A stretch of 32,000 bases of DNA from Psychrobacter cryohalolentis K5. GTDB lineage: Bacteria > Pseudomonadota > Gammaproteobacteria > Pseudomonadales > Moraxellaceae. The notes under the pieces were generated by a model that ran no database searches, had not been told where the DNA came from, and saw only the letters and a list, made by a program, of their open reading frames with translations. The first letter of the stretch is position 1; every line of letters begins with the position of its first letter. The stretch spans positions 540,001 through 572,000 of the forward strand of contig NC_007969.1 of the NCBI RefSeq assembly GCF_000013905.1, written 5' to 3'. A program made the position numbers and the translations under genes. Positions 8,786 to 18,351 of this stretch are shown one piece after another.

Positions 8786-11700
8786 CTACAAATTCGGATT
8801 TAACCACTTCTCAGCAGTTTTTATATCCCAGCCTTTACGCTCAGCATAGCTCTCTAACTGATCACGACTGATCTTACCGACGTTAAAGTACTCACTATCA
8901 GGATGTGAGTAATAAAAGCCGCTGACTGATGACGCAGGCCACATCGCATAGCTTTCAGTCAAGGTCGTACCGATAGCCTCAACCGTACCAAGCCATTCAA
9001 ACAGTTTGCCTTTTTCGGTATGCTCAGGGCAGGCAGGGTAGCCAGGCGCAGGGCGGATGCCGACGTATTTTTCTTTAATCATATCCTCATTGGTGAGCGA
9101 TTCCGTTGGTTGATAGCCCCAATACTCTTTACGAATCAGCTCATGTAGATGTTCGGCAAATGCTTCGGCTAAGCGGTCAGATAATGCTTGCACCATGATG
9201 GCATTGTAGTCGTCGCCAGCTGCTTTATACTTCTCAGCCAGCGCTTCTGTTCCAACGATCGAAACGGTAAAGCCGCCAAGATAATCCGTGTGCGTATCCG
9301 ATGGTGAGATAAAATCTGCCAAGCTAAAGTTTGGCTTGCCGCTGGCTTTGTCGCTTTGCTGACGTAAGTGCTCAAATTGATATTCTGCTATGCCGCCCTC
9401 AATCGGTGCTTTGTCATAGACGGTGACGGTATCGGCGCCAGTACGACGAGCTGGCATGAGTTTAAAGACACCTTTTGCGACGATTAATTTCTCATCAATC
9501 ATCTTTTGCATCAGCTCATTAGCATTATCGAACAAATCACGCGCCGCTTCGCCAACCACATCATCTTGCAATATTTTCGGATATTTACCAGCAAGTCCCC
9601 AAGAGATAAAGAACGGTGTCCAGTCAATGTATGGCAGCAGATTAGCGATAGGATAGTTGTCAAAGATCACTTGTCCTAGCTTATTTGGCACTGGTGGCAC
9701 ATAGGTTTCCCAATCATACTGAAAGCCAATCTTGACCGATTCGGCATATGTGACCTTCGCCGCCTTTGGTTGGCGCTTAGCCAGACGCTCACGTACCTTG
9801 ATATATTCTTCGCGGGTTTCATCAATGAGACCTTGGCAATGCTCTTTTGACAGTAGCTTGGTCACTACGCCGACAGAGCGTGAGGCATCCGCCACATAGA
9901 TGACACCATTGTTTTGGTATTGTGGTTCGACTTTGACCGCCGTATGTGCTTTTGAGGTCGTTGCACCACCGATCATCAATGGCAGAGTCATGCCACGCTC
10001 TTGCATTTGCTTGGCGACATAGACCATCTCATCAAGGCTTGGGGTAATCAGACCTGATAAGCCAATAATATCGACTTTCTCAGCTATCGCGGTATCGAGG
10101 ATTTTTTCACAAGGTACCATGACGCCCAAATCGACAATATCATAGCCATTACAGCCGAGTACCACGCCGACGATATTTTTACCGATATCATGGACGTCGC
10201 CTTTGACCGTTGCCATGAGGATTTTACCTTTCTTTTCACCTTCGACTTTTTCAGCTTCGATATACGGATTTAGCCAAGCGACCGACTGCTTCATGACGCG
10301 CGCAGATTTTACTACCTGAGGTAAGAACATTTTACCAGCACCAAATAAGTCGCCGACGATGTTCATACCGTCCATCAATGGCCCTTCGATGACCTCCAGT
10401 GGGCGCGGATATTTCTCCCACGCTTCTTTAGTATCCGCTTCGATAAAGGTGGTAATACCTTTTACTAGTGCATGAGCAATCCGTTCTTCGACCGTACCTT
10501 CACGCCATGTCATATCGACGGTGCTGTCTTTTTTCTTACCGCCATCTTGATAGTTTTCAGCGATGGTCATAAGGCGTTCGGTGGCATCTTGCCCAGTTTC
10601 ACCTTGATTGCGATTAAGCATCACATCTTCGATGGCATCGCGTGCCTCGACAGGAATGTCATCATATAGCTCAAGCATGGCGGGGTTGACGATACCCATC
10701 GTTAAGCCGTTTTGAATCGCATGATAAAGGAATACAGAATTGATGGCTTCACGAATCGGGTTACCACGGAAACTAAACGAGACGTTAGAGACACCGCCTG
10801 AAACCATCGCATTGGGCAGGTTTTCCGTAATCCATTTGGTCGCGTTAATAAAGTCGGCACCGTAGTTATTGTGCTCAGTGATACCGGTAGCAACCGCAAA
10901 AATATTGGGGTCAAAGATAATATCTTCAGAAGGGAAGCCCACTTCATCGACCAACACATCATAGCTGCGTTTACAAATCTGAGTTTTGCGCTCGAAGGTA
11001 TCCGCCTGTCCATCTTCATCGAATGCCATGACTATAATGGCGGCACCATAGCGCATACAGAGCTTGGCACGCTCGACGAACTCAGCGTGACCTTCTTTTA
11101 ATGAGATAGAGTTGACGACACATTTACCTTGAGTGCGTTTAAGACCTTCTTCGATAATGTCCCATTTCGATGAATCTATCATTAACGGCACACGGCTGAT
11201 GTCTGGCTCGCCTGACACGAGGTTCACAAAGTGAATCATCGCTTGCTTGGAGTCAAGCATCCCCTCATCCATGTTGATATCGACGATTTGCGCGCCGCCT
11301 TCGACTTGGTCACGGGCAACGTCAAGCGCCTCAAGATAAGCTTCGGTTTTGATTAGGCGTAAGAATTTCTTCGAACCCGTGACATTGGTACGCTCACCAA
11401 CGTTGACGAATAGACTGTCTTTATTGATGGTAAATGGCTCAAGACCAGATAAGCGGCAGGCAGGCGGAATCTCAGGAATGATGCGCGGTGGGTACTTTGC
11501 TACCATATTAGCGATTTGACGGATATGCTCAGGTGTTGTACCACAACAGCCGCCAACGATATTTAAGATACCAGCTTTGGCAAAGCCTTCAAGCAGTGCA
11601 GCAGTTTCATCGGCAGTTTCATCATATTCACCAAACTCATTGGGCAGACCGGCATTAGGATGCGCAGAGACATAAGTATTGGCAATATTCGATAGCGTTT

Positions 11701-12601
11701 GGATATGCGGACGTAGGGCATCAGCACCCAAGGCACAGTTAAAGCCAACGGATAGCGGTTTGGCATGGCGAATCGAGTTATAAAACGCTTCCGCCGTTTG
11801 CCCAGATAGCGTACGACCTGACGCATCTGTAATCGTCCCTGAAATCATAATTGGCAATTCAAATCCGATATCATCAAAGACGCCTGTGACGGCAAAGATT
11901 GCTGCTTTGGCATTGAGCGTATCAAAAATAGTCTCAATCAAAATGATATCAACGCCACCTTCCATTAGCGCCAAGGTTGCTTCGCGATAGTTCAGCACCA
12001 GTTCATCAAAGGTAATATTACGAAAGGCGGGGTCATTAACGTCAGGTGATAGCGAGCAAGTACGCGATGTCGGACCAATAACCCCAGCGACAAAGCGTGG
12101 TTTTTCTGGATTCTTCGCAGTGTATTCGTCAGCGGCTTCACGTGCGATTTTAGCAGCCGTTTTATTTAGCTCAGGCACGAGATACTGCATATCGTAGTCT
12201 GCCATCGACAGCCGCGTACCATTAAAGCTATTGGTCTCGATAATATCAGCGCCAGATTCCAAATGCGCCAAATGAATCTCTTTAATCATATGTGGCTGCG
12301 TCAGCACCAATAAATCATTATTGCCGCGGACATCTTGCTTGATATCAGCAAAGCGCTCACCGCGATAGTCCGCTTCCTCTAATTTATAGTTCTGAATATG
12401 CGTGCCCATGGCGCCATCGAGCATCAAAATCCGTGCTGCCATTTGCTCCGTGATACGTGCGCGTGCGGTTAGCTGCTGATCCTTATAAGGGAATACAGCA
12501 GGCGGCGTCAATATAAAGTCATTGGGATTAGCATTTGGGTTACTGGCGTCAGTTAGATTGGTTAAAGAAGTATTAGTTTGAGAACGGGCTGTTGGAATCA
12601 T
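8786..12601 (-). CDS. metH: Cobalamin-dependent methionine synthase
   Basis: 1271 aa with all MetH modules: the N-terminal Hcy-binding domain ([10 protein letters not shown]), the pterin-binding domain, the B12-binding DxHxxG motif ([12 protein letters not shown]) and the C-terminal AdoMet-activation domain. The start is somewhat uncertain: there is no SD before ATG 12601, and it adds ~40 residues relative to E. coli MetH. Confidence 0.96.
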   Translation of the reverse strand: MIPTARSQTNTSLTNLTDASNPNANPNDFILTPPAVFPYKDQQLTARARITEQMAARILMLDGAMGTHIQNYKLEEADYRGERFADIKQDVRGNNDLLVLTQPHMIKEIHLAHLESGADIIETNSFNGTRLSMADYDMQYLVPELNKTAAKIAREAADEYTAKNPEKPRFVAGVIGPTSRTCSLSPDVNDPAFRNITFDELVLNYREATLALMEGGVDIILIETIFDTLNAKAAIFAVTGVFDDIGFELPIMISGTITDASGRTLSGQTAEAFYNSIRHAKPLSVGFNCALGADALRPHIQTLSNIANTYVSAHPNAGLPNEFGEYDETADETAALLEGFAKAGILNIVGGCCGTTPEHIRQIANMVAKYPPRIIPEIPPACRLSGLEPFTINKDSLFVNVGERTNVTGSKKFLRLIKTEAYLEALDVARDQVEGGAQIVDINMDEGMLDSKQAMIHFVNLVSGEPDISRVPLMIDSSKWDIIEEGLKRTQGKCVVNSISLKEGHAEFVERAKLCMRYGAAIIVMAFDEDGQADTFERKTQICKRSYDVLVDEVGFPSEDIIFDPNIFAVATGITEHNNYGADFINATKWITENLPNAMVSGGVSNVSFSFRGNPIREAINSVFLYHAIQNGLTMGIVNPAMLELYDDIPVEARDAIEDVMLNRNQGETGQDATERLMTIAENYQDGGKKKDSTVDMTWREGTVEERIAHALVKGITTFIEADTKEAWEKYPRPLEVIEGPLMDGMNIVGDLFGAGKMFLPQVVKSARVMKQSVAWLNPYIEAEKVEGEKKGKILMATVKGDVHDIGKNIVGVVLGCNGYDIVDLGVMVPCEKILDTAIAEKVDIIGLSGLITPSLDEMVYVAKQMQERGMTLPLMIGGATTSKAHTAVKVEPQYQNNGVIYVADASRSVGVVTKLLSKEHCQGLIDETREEYIKVRERLAKRQPKAAKVTYAESVKIGFQYDWETYVPPVPNKLGQVIFDNYPIANLLPYIDWTPFFISWGLAGKYPKILQDDVVGEAARDLFDNANELMQKMIDEKLIVAKGVFKLMPARRTGADTVTVYDKAPIEGGIAEYQFEHLRQQSDKASGKPNFSLADFISPSDTHTDYLGGFTVSIVGTEALAEKYKAAGDDYNAIMVQALSDRLAEAFAEHLHELIRKEYWGYQPTESLTNEDMIKEKYVGIRPAPGYPACPEHTEKGKLFEWLGTVEAIGTTLTESYAMWPASSVSGFYYSHPDSEYFNVGKISRDQLESYAERKGWDIKTAEKWLNPNL

Positions 12602-13155
12602 AGGAGCGCTGCTTATAGAGTCAAAGTTATAAAAAAGAAGAGGAAAAAGTCGTTATAATTTTTAATAGAGAAGACGTTAAAACCATCAATGCCAGTAAAA
12701 AATAGTAAATAAATACAGATGATTTTAGCAGAAAATATATTGCCAATGTCAGGTTATCAAAGTCTATTGCATAAAGCGTGTGAGCACAAATGAATATCAT
12801 TTATCCTTAGGGTTACAGAAAGCTTTACTTATGATTATAAACGTAAAAGTATCACTTTATAATGCAAATACAGATTACATGCCCACCACAAAAAGTAGCG
12901 TAAATAGCCGTTTACGCCACTTAAGGATATGTTAATTTAATTTCAGAAGGATTGATGTTTCATAAGCAGTGCTTATTAGTAAGGATTGATGATTTTATTT
13001 GCAAGTTTGACTATATATTATTTTTGATGGCTAATCATGCACTATCAAATCAGTAATTAGATCGTTAAGCGTTGCTGCTAAGGAAAGCCAATCTCATCTG
13101 ACCTACCAGATAAAAACCAACAGACTATAGATATTTACTCATTAAGGATAATGTT

Positions 13156-13710
13156 ATGAAAATCATCAAAATCGCTGCTATTGGTACTTTAGCTGTTTCA
13201 ATTGCAGGTCTAAGTGCTTGTAACAATATGATGCCAGCCAAAAGCGCTCCTATGAAAGCGCCCATGCATAGCCAATCAATGGCAAAAATGAATGTAGTAC
13301 AAATTGCCCAAAGCAATTCTGACTTCTCTGTACTCGTAGAAGCTGTCGTTGCCGCTGATTTAGCGGGCGCGCTCTCTAATCCTAATGCCAACTATACGAT
13401 TCTTGCGCCAACCAATGCTGCCTTTATGCAAGCGTTACAAGAAAATAACATGACCAAAGCGCAGCTCTTTGCCAATAAACCACTATTGACTAAAATCTTA
13501 AGCTATCACGTGATTAACGCCGCAGCACCTATTTATGCCAAGGATGTTAGACCAGGCAATATAACTATGTTAAGCATGGACACGCTTATGGTCACAGCCC
13601 AAGGCAAATTGATGGATGAAAGTGGACGTACAGCAAATCTCTTAAAAACGGACATTACTGCCAGTAATGGTGTGGTACATGTGATTGATAGAGTTCTAAT
13701 GCCTAGATAG
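13156..13710 (+). CDS. Fasciclin (FAS1) domain lipoprotein 1
   Basis: Lipobox LSAC. FAS1 hallmarks YTILAPTNAAF, LSYHV and NGVVHVIDRVLMP. SD AAGGA lies upstream. Confidence 0.85.
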   Translation: MKIIKIAAIGTLAVSIAGLSACNNMMPAKSAPMKAPMHSQSMAKMNVVQIAQSNSDFSVLVEAVVAADLAGALSNPNANYTILAPTNAAFMQALQENNMTKAQLFANKPLLTKILSYHVINAAAPIYAKDVRPGNITMLSMDTLMVTAQGKLMDESGRTANLLKTDITASNGVVHVIDRVLMPR

Positions 13711-13762
13711 TCTTTTGGCAAGGTTTTATAAACTAGCCATTATATGCGTATAAGATCAATCG

Positions 13763-13791
13763 TTTAAGAGCTGTTCTACGCAGCTCTTAAA
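13763..13791 (+). terminator. 11-bp perfect hairpin downstream of fasciclin gene 1
   Basis: TTTAAGAGCTG-TTCTACG-CAGCTCTTAAA. The downstream T-tract is weak (TTCGTTA), so terminator function is tentative. Confidence 0.45.
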
Positions 13792-14049
13792 TTCGTTATA
13801 GATTCAGATAACGAAACGCCTGTGTTATATACGTGATTGCTACAGTGCTACTACCTAAGAATATATCAATTAAAAATCAATCAGTTAATATTGTAGATGA
13901 TTTCAAATAACGTCCCTTTAAAGAATGTCATATTCTAAACAGTATTGTGCATTTTAAAAAAACTGTTTATGCAAAAATTATTACTTATCGAATCAGTACT
14001 TATCAAATTTTTATTCACTCAATAGTTATTAATATCAAAGGAATGTCTT

Positions 14050-14652
14050 ATGTTAAAAAAGAACTTACTATCTATCGCCGTTGTGGCGGCAGCAATGTCA
14101 TTAGCAGCTTGTAACGATAAAGAAGTCGTTGCTGAGCCAGTTGAGCCAGAAGCAACCACTGATGTAGTCGTTGAGCCAGAAGTCGCAGCTGAACCAATGG
14201 TTGAAGCGGATGTTGCCCCTGAAGCAGCAGCTACGCAGACTATTGGTGAGATGGCAGCTGGCAATAAAGACTTGACCATCTTGACCGCTGCACTACAGGC
14301 AGCTGGACTTGATTCGATGCTGATGGCTGAAGACAAGTACACAGTATTTGCCCCTACTGATGATGCCTTTGCTGGTTTATTGACTAAGTTGAACATTACT
14401 AAAGAAGAATTACTTGCTGATCAAGCGACGCTAAAAAGTGTGCTTCCATACCATGTCGTACCTATGGTTGTAAAAGCCGCTGATATTCCTTACGGTACTG
14501 CGATTGAAACGGCGAATGGTCAAACCATCACGATTAGTGATGCCAATGTCATTACAGATTCAAATGGTAATACCGCCAACATCGTTGGCACTGATATGAT
14601 GGCAACCAATGGTGTAGTGCATGTAATTGATACAGTTTTATTGCCTAAATAA
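14050..14652 (+). CDS. Fasciclin (FAS1) domain lipoprotein 2 with an acidic Glu/Pro/Val/Ala-rich linker
   Basis: Lipobox LAAC. Linker EPVEPEATTDVVVEPEVAAEPMVEADVAPEAAA. FAS1 hallmarks YTVFAPTDDAF, LPYHVV and NGVVHVIDTVLLP. SD AAGGA lies upstream. Confidence 0.85.
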   Translation: MLKKNLLSIAVVAAAMSLAACNDKEVVAEPVEPEATTDVVVEPEVAAEPMVEADVAPEAAATQTIGEMAAGNKDLTILTAALQAAGLDSMLMAEDKYTVFAPTDDAFAGLLTKLNITKEELLADQATLKSVLPYHVVPMVVKAADIPYGTAIETANGQTITISDANVITDSNGNTANIVGTDMMATNGVVHVIDTVLLPK

Positions 14653-14712
14653 GTTTTGGTTAATAGACTTACTAGGTCTTTCTTGTAAACAGTAAATGAT
14701 GTAAAAATACTT

Positions 14713-14740
14713 AAAGCCCAGCCATTGAGTTGGGCTTTTT
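14713..14740 (+). terminator. Rho-independent terminator after fasciclin gene 2
   Basis: AAAGCCCA...TGGGCTTT stem (extendable by G.U and C-G pairs) followed by TTTTT. Confidence 0.7.
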
Positions 14741-14876
14741 GCTGCCTATTAATTGTTGCTAATAATTTAAATCGATGCAATTTACAAGGAATCCAGTAGT
14801 ACCTTATAACATTTGTATTTCTTTTATTTAGGACTGAATATAGTAGAAAAGAGGCAAGAGCGCACATACAAAAAAA

Positions 14877-14896
14877 CCCAAGACAATGGTCTCGGG
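14877..14896 (-). terminator. Terminator after the symporter gene (T-runs on both sides)
   Basis: On the minus strand: CCCGAGAC-CATT-GTCTTGGG (one G.U) followed by TTTTTTT. On the plus strand the same stem has an A.C mismatch. Confidence 0.65.
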
Positions 14897-14938
14897 CTTT
14901 TTTAATAACTGGCTAGTAGGCAAATACTTTACAGAGGA

Positions 14939-16489
14939 TTAACGATGCTCTTTATTTAAAGGATCTTGTGCCGCTATTCTTTGTTGTTCTTTTAGATGAC
15001 GCTCTTCCCAATAAGGCGCGTTTTTGATACCGAATTTTGCAGGGTCAAATGTATAGCGTGTTACACCTGCTTTAAGCTGTGCTTCATAGTCTTTAAGCAT
15101 GGTAAGCGTCGGACGAGCCACAAAGAAGATAACAAGAATACCAACAATATTGAGCCAAGCCATGAGGCCAACACCGATATCACCAATTGCCCAGATGTAA
15201 CCAGCTGAGTTTAGAGCACCGTAAGCAACCATTACCATGATTAAGATTTTTACTAAGAATAAACCTGTCTTATTTGCACCGCGCCCGATAAAGCGAGTCA
15301 AGTAAGCAACGTTCACTTCAGCGATGTAGTAGTAAGCCAAGATAGTGGTAAAGGCAAAGAAGAATACAGCGACTGCAATAAAGACATTACCAGTAGTACC
15401 ATATACTGATTCCATTGCCATTTGGGTAAAGGCAGGCGAATTGATTTCAGTAGTAGCGGCTACATTTTGCAGAATGAACTGACCTTCTGGCAAAGTACCC
15501 TGAATATTGTACATACCAGTAGACAAGATCATAAAGGCAGTAGCAGAACAAACCAGTAGTGTATCAACATATACTGAGAAGGCCTGTACTAGACCCTGCT
15601 GTGATGGATGCTGAACTTCAGCAGCAGCAGCAGCGTGAGGACCTGTACCTTGACCGGCTTCGTTAGAGTAAATACCACGTTTTACACCCCAACCGATAGC
15701 AGCACCAAAGCCAGCTTGCGCCGTAAAGGCATCACTAATGATCAAACCAAATATATCTGGGATCAAACTGAAGTTGCTGAACATGATAATTAAAGCTAAG
15801 ACAATATAACCGACTGCCATGAAAGGAACCGCATACTCGGTAAACGTTGCGATACGCTTGATACCACCAAAAATGATGATACCTAGTACGACTAAGATGA
15901 TGGCTAAGCCGATCAGACGCATAGAGCCGACTTCTAGGCCTGCAACGTTCATAGTAGTACCTTCACCCATAAGTTGCGTGAAAGCACTAAGAACGCCATT
16001 TGCCTGTACACCTGGTAAGAACATACCACAAGCTAAGATAGAAGCGATTGCGAAGAGGATACCGTACCATTTTTGACCAAGTGCCCGCTCAAAATAGTAA
16101 GCAGGGCCACCGCGATATTCACCAGTGATGACGTCTCTTTCTTTATAAATCTGTGCCAGCGTAGATTCAACGTAAGCAGTAGAAGCTCCTAAGAACGCCA
16201 CAACCCACATCCAAAATACGGCACCAGGACCACCGAAACCGATAGCCGCAGCTACCCCTGCGATGTTACCCATACCCACACGCCCAGCTAAGGCTACTGC
16301 CAGGGCTTGGAATGAAGAGATACCATCTGCACTGGATTTACCAGTGAATAGTAGTCTGACCATTTCACCGAATAAACGTACTTGTACAAAGCGTGTCATG
16401 ATGGAATAAAATAGACCTGCGCCCAAGCATAAGTAAATTAATGCAGGGCTCCAAATAATTCCGTTTACTAAATTGACTAAACCTTCCAT
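14939..16489 (-). CDS. Alanine/glycine:cation (sodium) symporter, AGCS family
   Basis: 516-aa polytopic membrane protein whose blocks are typical of AGCS transporters (GNIAGVAAAIGFGGPGAVFWMW, GIYSNEAGQGTGPHAAAAAEV). Confidence 0.9.
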   Translation of the reverse strand: MEGLVNLVNGIIWSPALIYLCLGAGLFYSIMTRFVQVRLFGEMVRLLFTGKSSADGISSFQALAVALAGRVGMGNIAGVAAAIGFGGPGAVFWMWVVAFLGASTAYVESTLAQIYKERDVITGEYRGGPAYYFERALGQKWYGILFAIASILACGMFLPGVQANGVLSAFTQLMGEGTTMNVAGLEVGSMRLIGLAIILVVLGIIIFGGIKRIATFTEYAVPFMAVGYIVLALIIMFSNFSLIPDIFGLIISDAFTAQAGFGAAIGWGVKRGIYSNEAGQGTGPHAAAAAEVQHPSQQGLVQAFSVYVDTLLVCSATAFMILSTGMYNIQGTLPEGQFILQNVAATTEINSPAFTQMAMESVYGTTGNVFIAVAVFFFAFTTILAYYYIAEVNVAYLTRFIGRGANKTGLFLVKILIMVMVAYGALNSAGYIWAIGDIGVGLMAWLNIVGILVIFFVARPTLTMLKDYEAQLKAGVTRYTFDPAKFGIKNAPYWEERHLKEQQRIAAQDPLNKEHR

Positions 16490-17458
16490 ATATCTATTCC
16501 TTCAACTGTCTCAAAATGACTATATATGAGGATGCATAGAGTGAGTTAACGGTTTAATATCCTTATTAAAGCCAACCACTCAAATTATCTGCATGTACTT
16601 AAAACAATGATTTAAGCTTCATATGTACATAGTCACCAAGAATGGACTGTAGTTGTCTGTGTTTATCCGCTTGGTTTATTATCAAAGTTTGGCTGTATTT
16701 GCTCATCTCTTGATAGCACTTATATATGAGTATCAATCGATTGGCGATGGTTGCCATCTTTTTACTGTCTCTTTACTTTGGTAATCCGTCATCCTGCCAT
16801 AAACATAAACGCTGTTATAAATAAACCAGTGGATAAAACAGGCGGTTATAATTGTAAATACCCATCATCGCGATGGTATTCAGCTTACTATGAGCAGTAT
16901 CGGCTAAGTACAATTGCGTAATAGAGTCATAAAGCGATGATTTATCTGTCTATTAATCCTTTTAAATGATAAATAAACGAATCGCTAGTACTATGAAGAA
17001 AATAAGTCCACTACCAAATGTATGCAAACCGTACAGCTACGTAACTGCAATTTGCCATATTTTTTACCCAATTACTAGAAATTTCTTCTTAGCGGCAGCT
17101 ATATATATGTTATCGCAAGCTTTATTGTGACAACAAGTACCGTAGAATATGGCATAAGGTCGATTTATCTTAATTTGGATGATTTTTCAATAACTCATGA
17201 TAAATCAGGTTATATAGATACATAGTCAAAACAGAGTGAGAGATTATGCTACAAGTCGTTGCTTGCGGTTGTGTTTTGGTAACGATGAATTGTAAAAAAA
17301 GCGTTATAGCGCCATTATTAGCACAACATATTGTAGGCTACAAAATATAAGCTTATATAGTCATAGTATTGAAGTCAGTATCAAAAAAAGCAGTCAAAAG
17401 CCATTTTAAAATCTTGTTATCAGTTGTTTGATATTTATCATTATTAGGAGAATCCACA

Positions 17459-18091
17459 ATGACCCGTAAATCCATTGTAAAACCCATCTTGCTATCAGCT
17501 GTATTAGCCACATCTACTGTCGGCTTGACAGGTTGTGGTTATAATAATCTTCAGGCTCAAGATGAGCAAGTGACGGCTTCGTGGTCAGAGGTGGTCAACC
17601 AATATCAACGTCGCTCGGATTTGGTGCCAAACTTGGTAAAAGTAGTACAGCAGTATGCTAAGCAAGAGCAGGAAGTCTTTACGCAAGTGGCTGAAGCCCG
17701 CTCACGCGCTGGTGGTATCACCGTAACGCCAGAAGTACTCAATGATCCTGAAGCGATGGAGCGTTATGCGGCGGCGCAAGAACAGATGACGGGTGCACTA
17801 TCACGTTTGATGGCAGTGTCTGAGCGTTATCCTGAACTGAAATCTGATGCGCTATTCCAAGATTTGCAAGCGCAATTAGAAGGTACTGAAAACCGTATCG
17901 CCGTCGCTCGTAACCGCTATATCCAAGAAGTACAGGGTTACAATACGACCGTACGTCAATTCCCAACCAATATTACGGCAAAAGTATTTGGGATGAGTGC
18001 TAAACCAAACTTTAGCGTCGCGAACGAAAAAGAGATTTCTACTGCACCAAGCGTGGATTTTGACAATGGCGAGTCAAAGACGTCTCAATAG
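17459..18091 (+). CDS. lemA: LemA family lipoprotein
   Basis: Lipobox LTGCG, followed by the LemA core NNLQAQDEQVTASWSEVVNQYQRRSDLVPNLV...AQLEGTENRIAVARNRY. Strong SD AGGAG. Confidence 0.85.
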   Translation: MTRKSIVKPILLSAVLATSTVGLTGCGYNNLQAQDEQVTASWSEVVNQYQRRSDLVPNLVKVVQQYAKQEQEVFTQVAEARSRAGGITVTPEVLNDPEAMERYAAAQEQMTGALSRLMAVSERYPELKSDALFQDLQAQLEGTENRIAVARNRYIQEVQGYNTTVRQFPTNITAKVFGMSAKPNFSVANEKEISTAPSVDFDNGESKTSQ

Positions 18092-18351
18092 CAGCAAGTC
18101 AATAATGATGAATCATGCGTTTATTTCACGCGGGTATGCTTCATCTATTAAACGAATTGTGTAGCCGTCCTAGCGTTTCTTACTGGTATGAATAGGTTGC
18201 GTCTAATATTAAATATAAGCGTCTCTTAAAGCCTATTTATATCGTTAAGCCATTAAAAACAGGTAGAGCATCAAGTACCGATTAAATACTTACTGATTGC
18301 CGCTCTATTTATTAATTTAGTAAAGATCTGACTTGAGGTGGTATACAGTTA

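Noticed and set aside
12602-12612. AGGAGCGCTGC, resembling the conserved GAGGAGCGCUGC core of the SAH riboswitch, right at the metH start
   Set aside because: The match is on the plus strand, antisense to metH. It abuts the start codon and is not in a leader, and the other conserved riboswitch segments are not present.
16490-16900. Glycine riboswitch upstream of the alanine/glycine symporter
   Set aside because: I looked on the relevant (minus) strand for the conserved GGAGAG / CACCGAAGGGGCAA / CTCAGGCAAAAGGAC blocks, which would appear as their reverse complements on the plus strand. I found none. An Infernal scan would be needed to fully exclude it.
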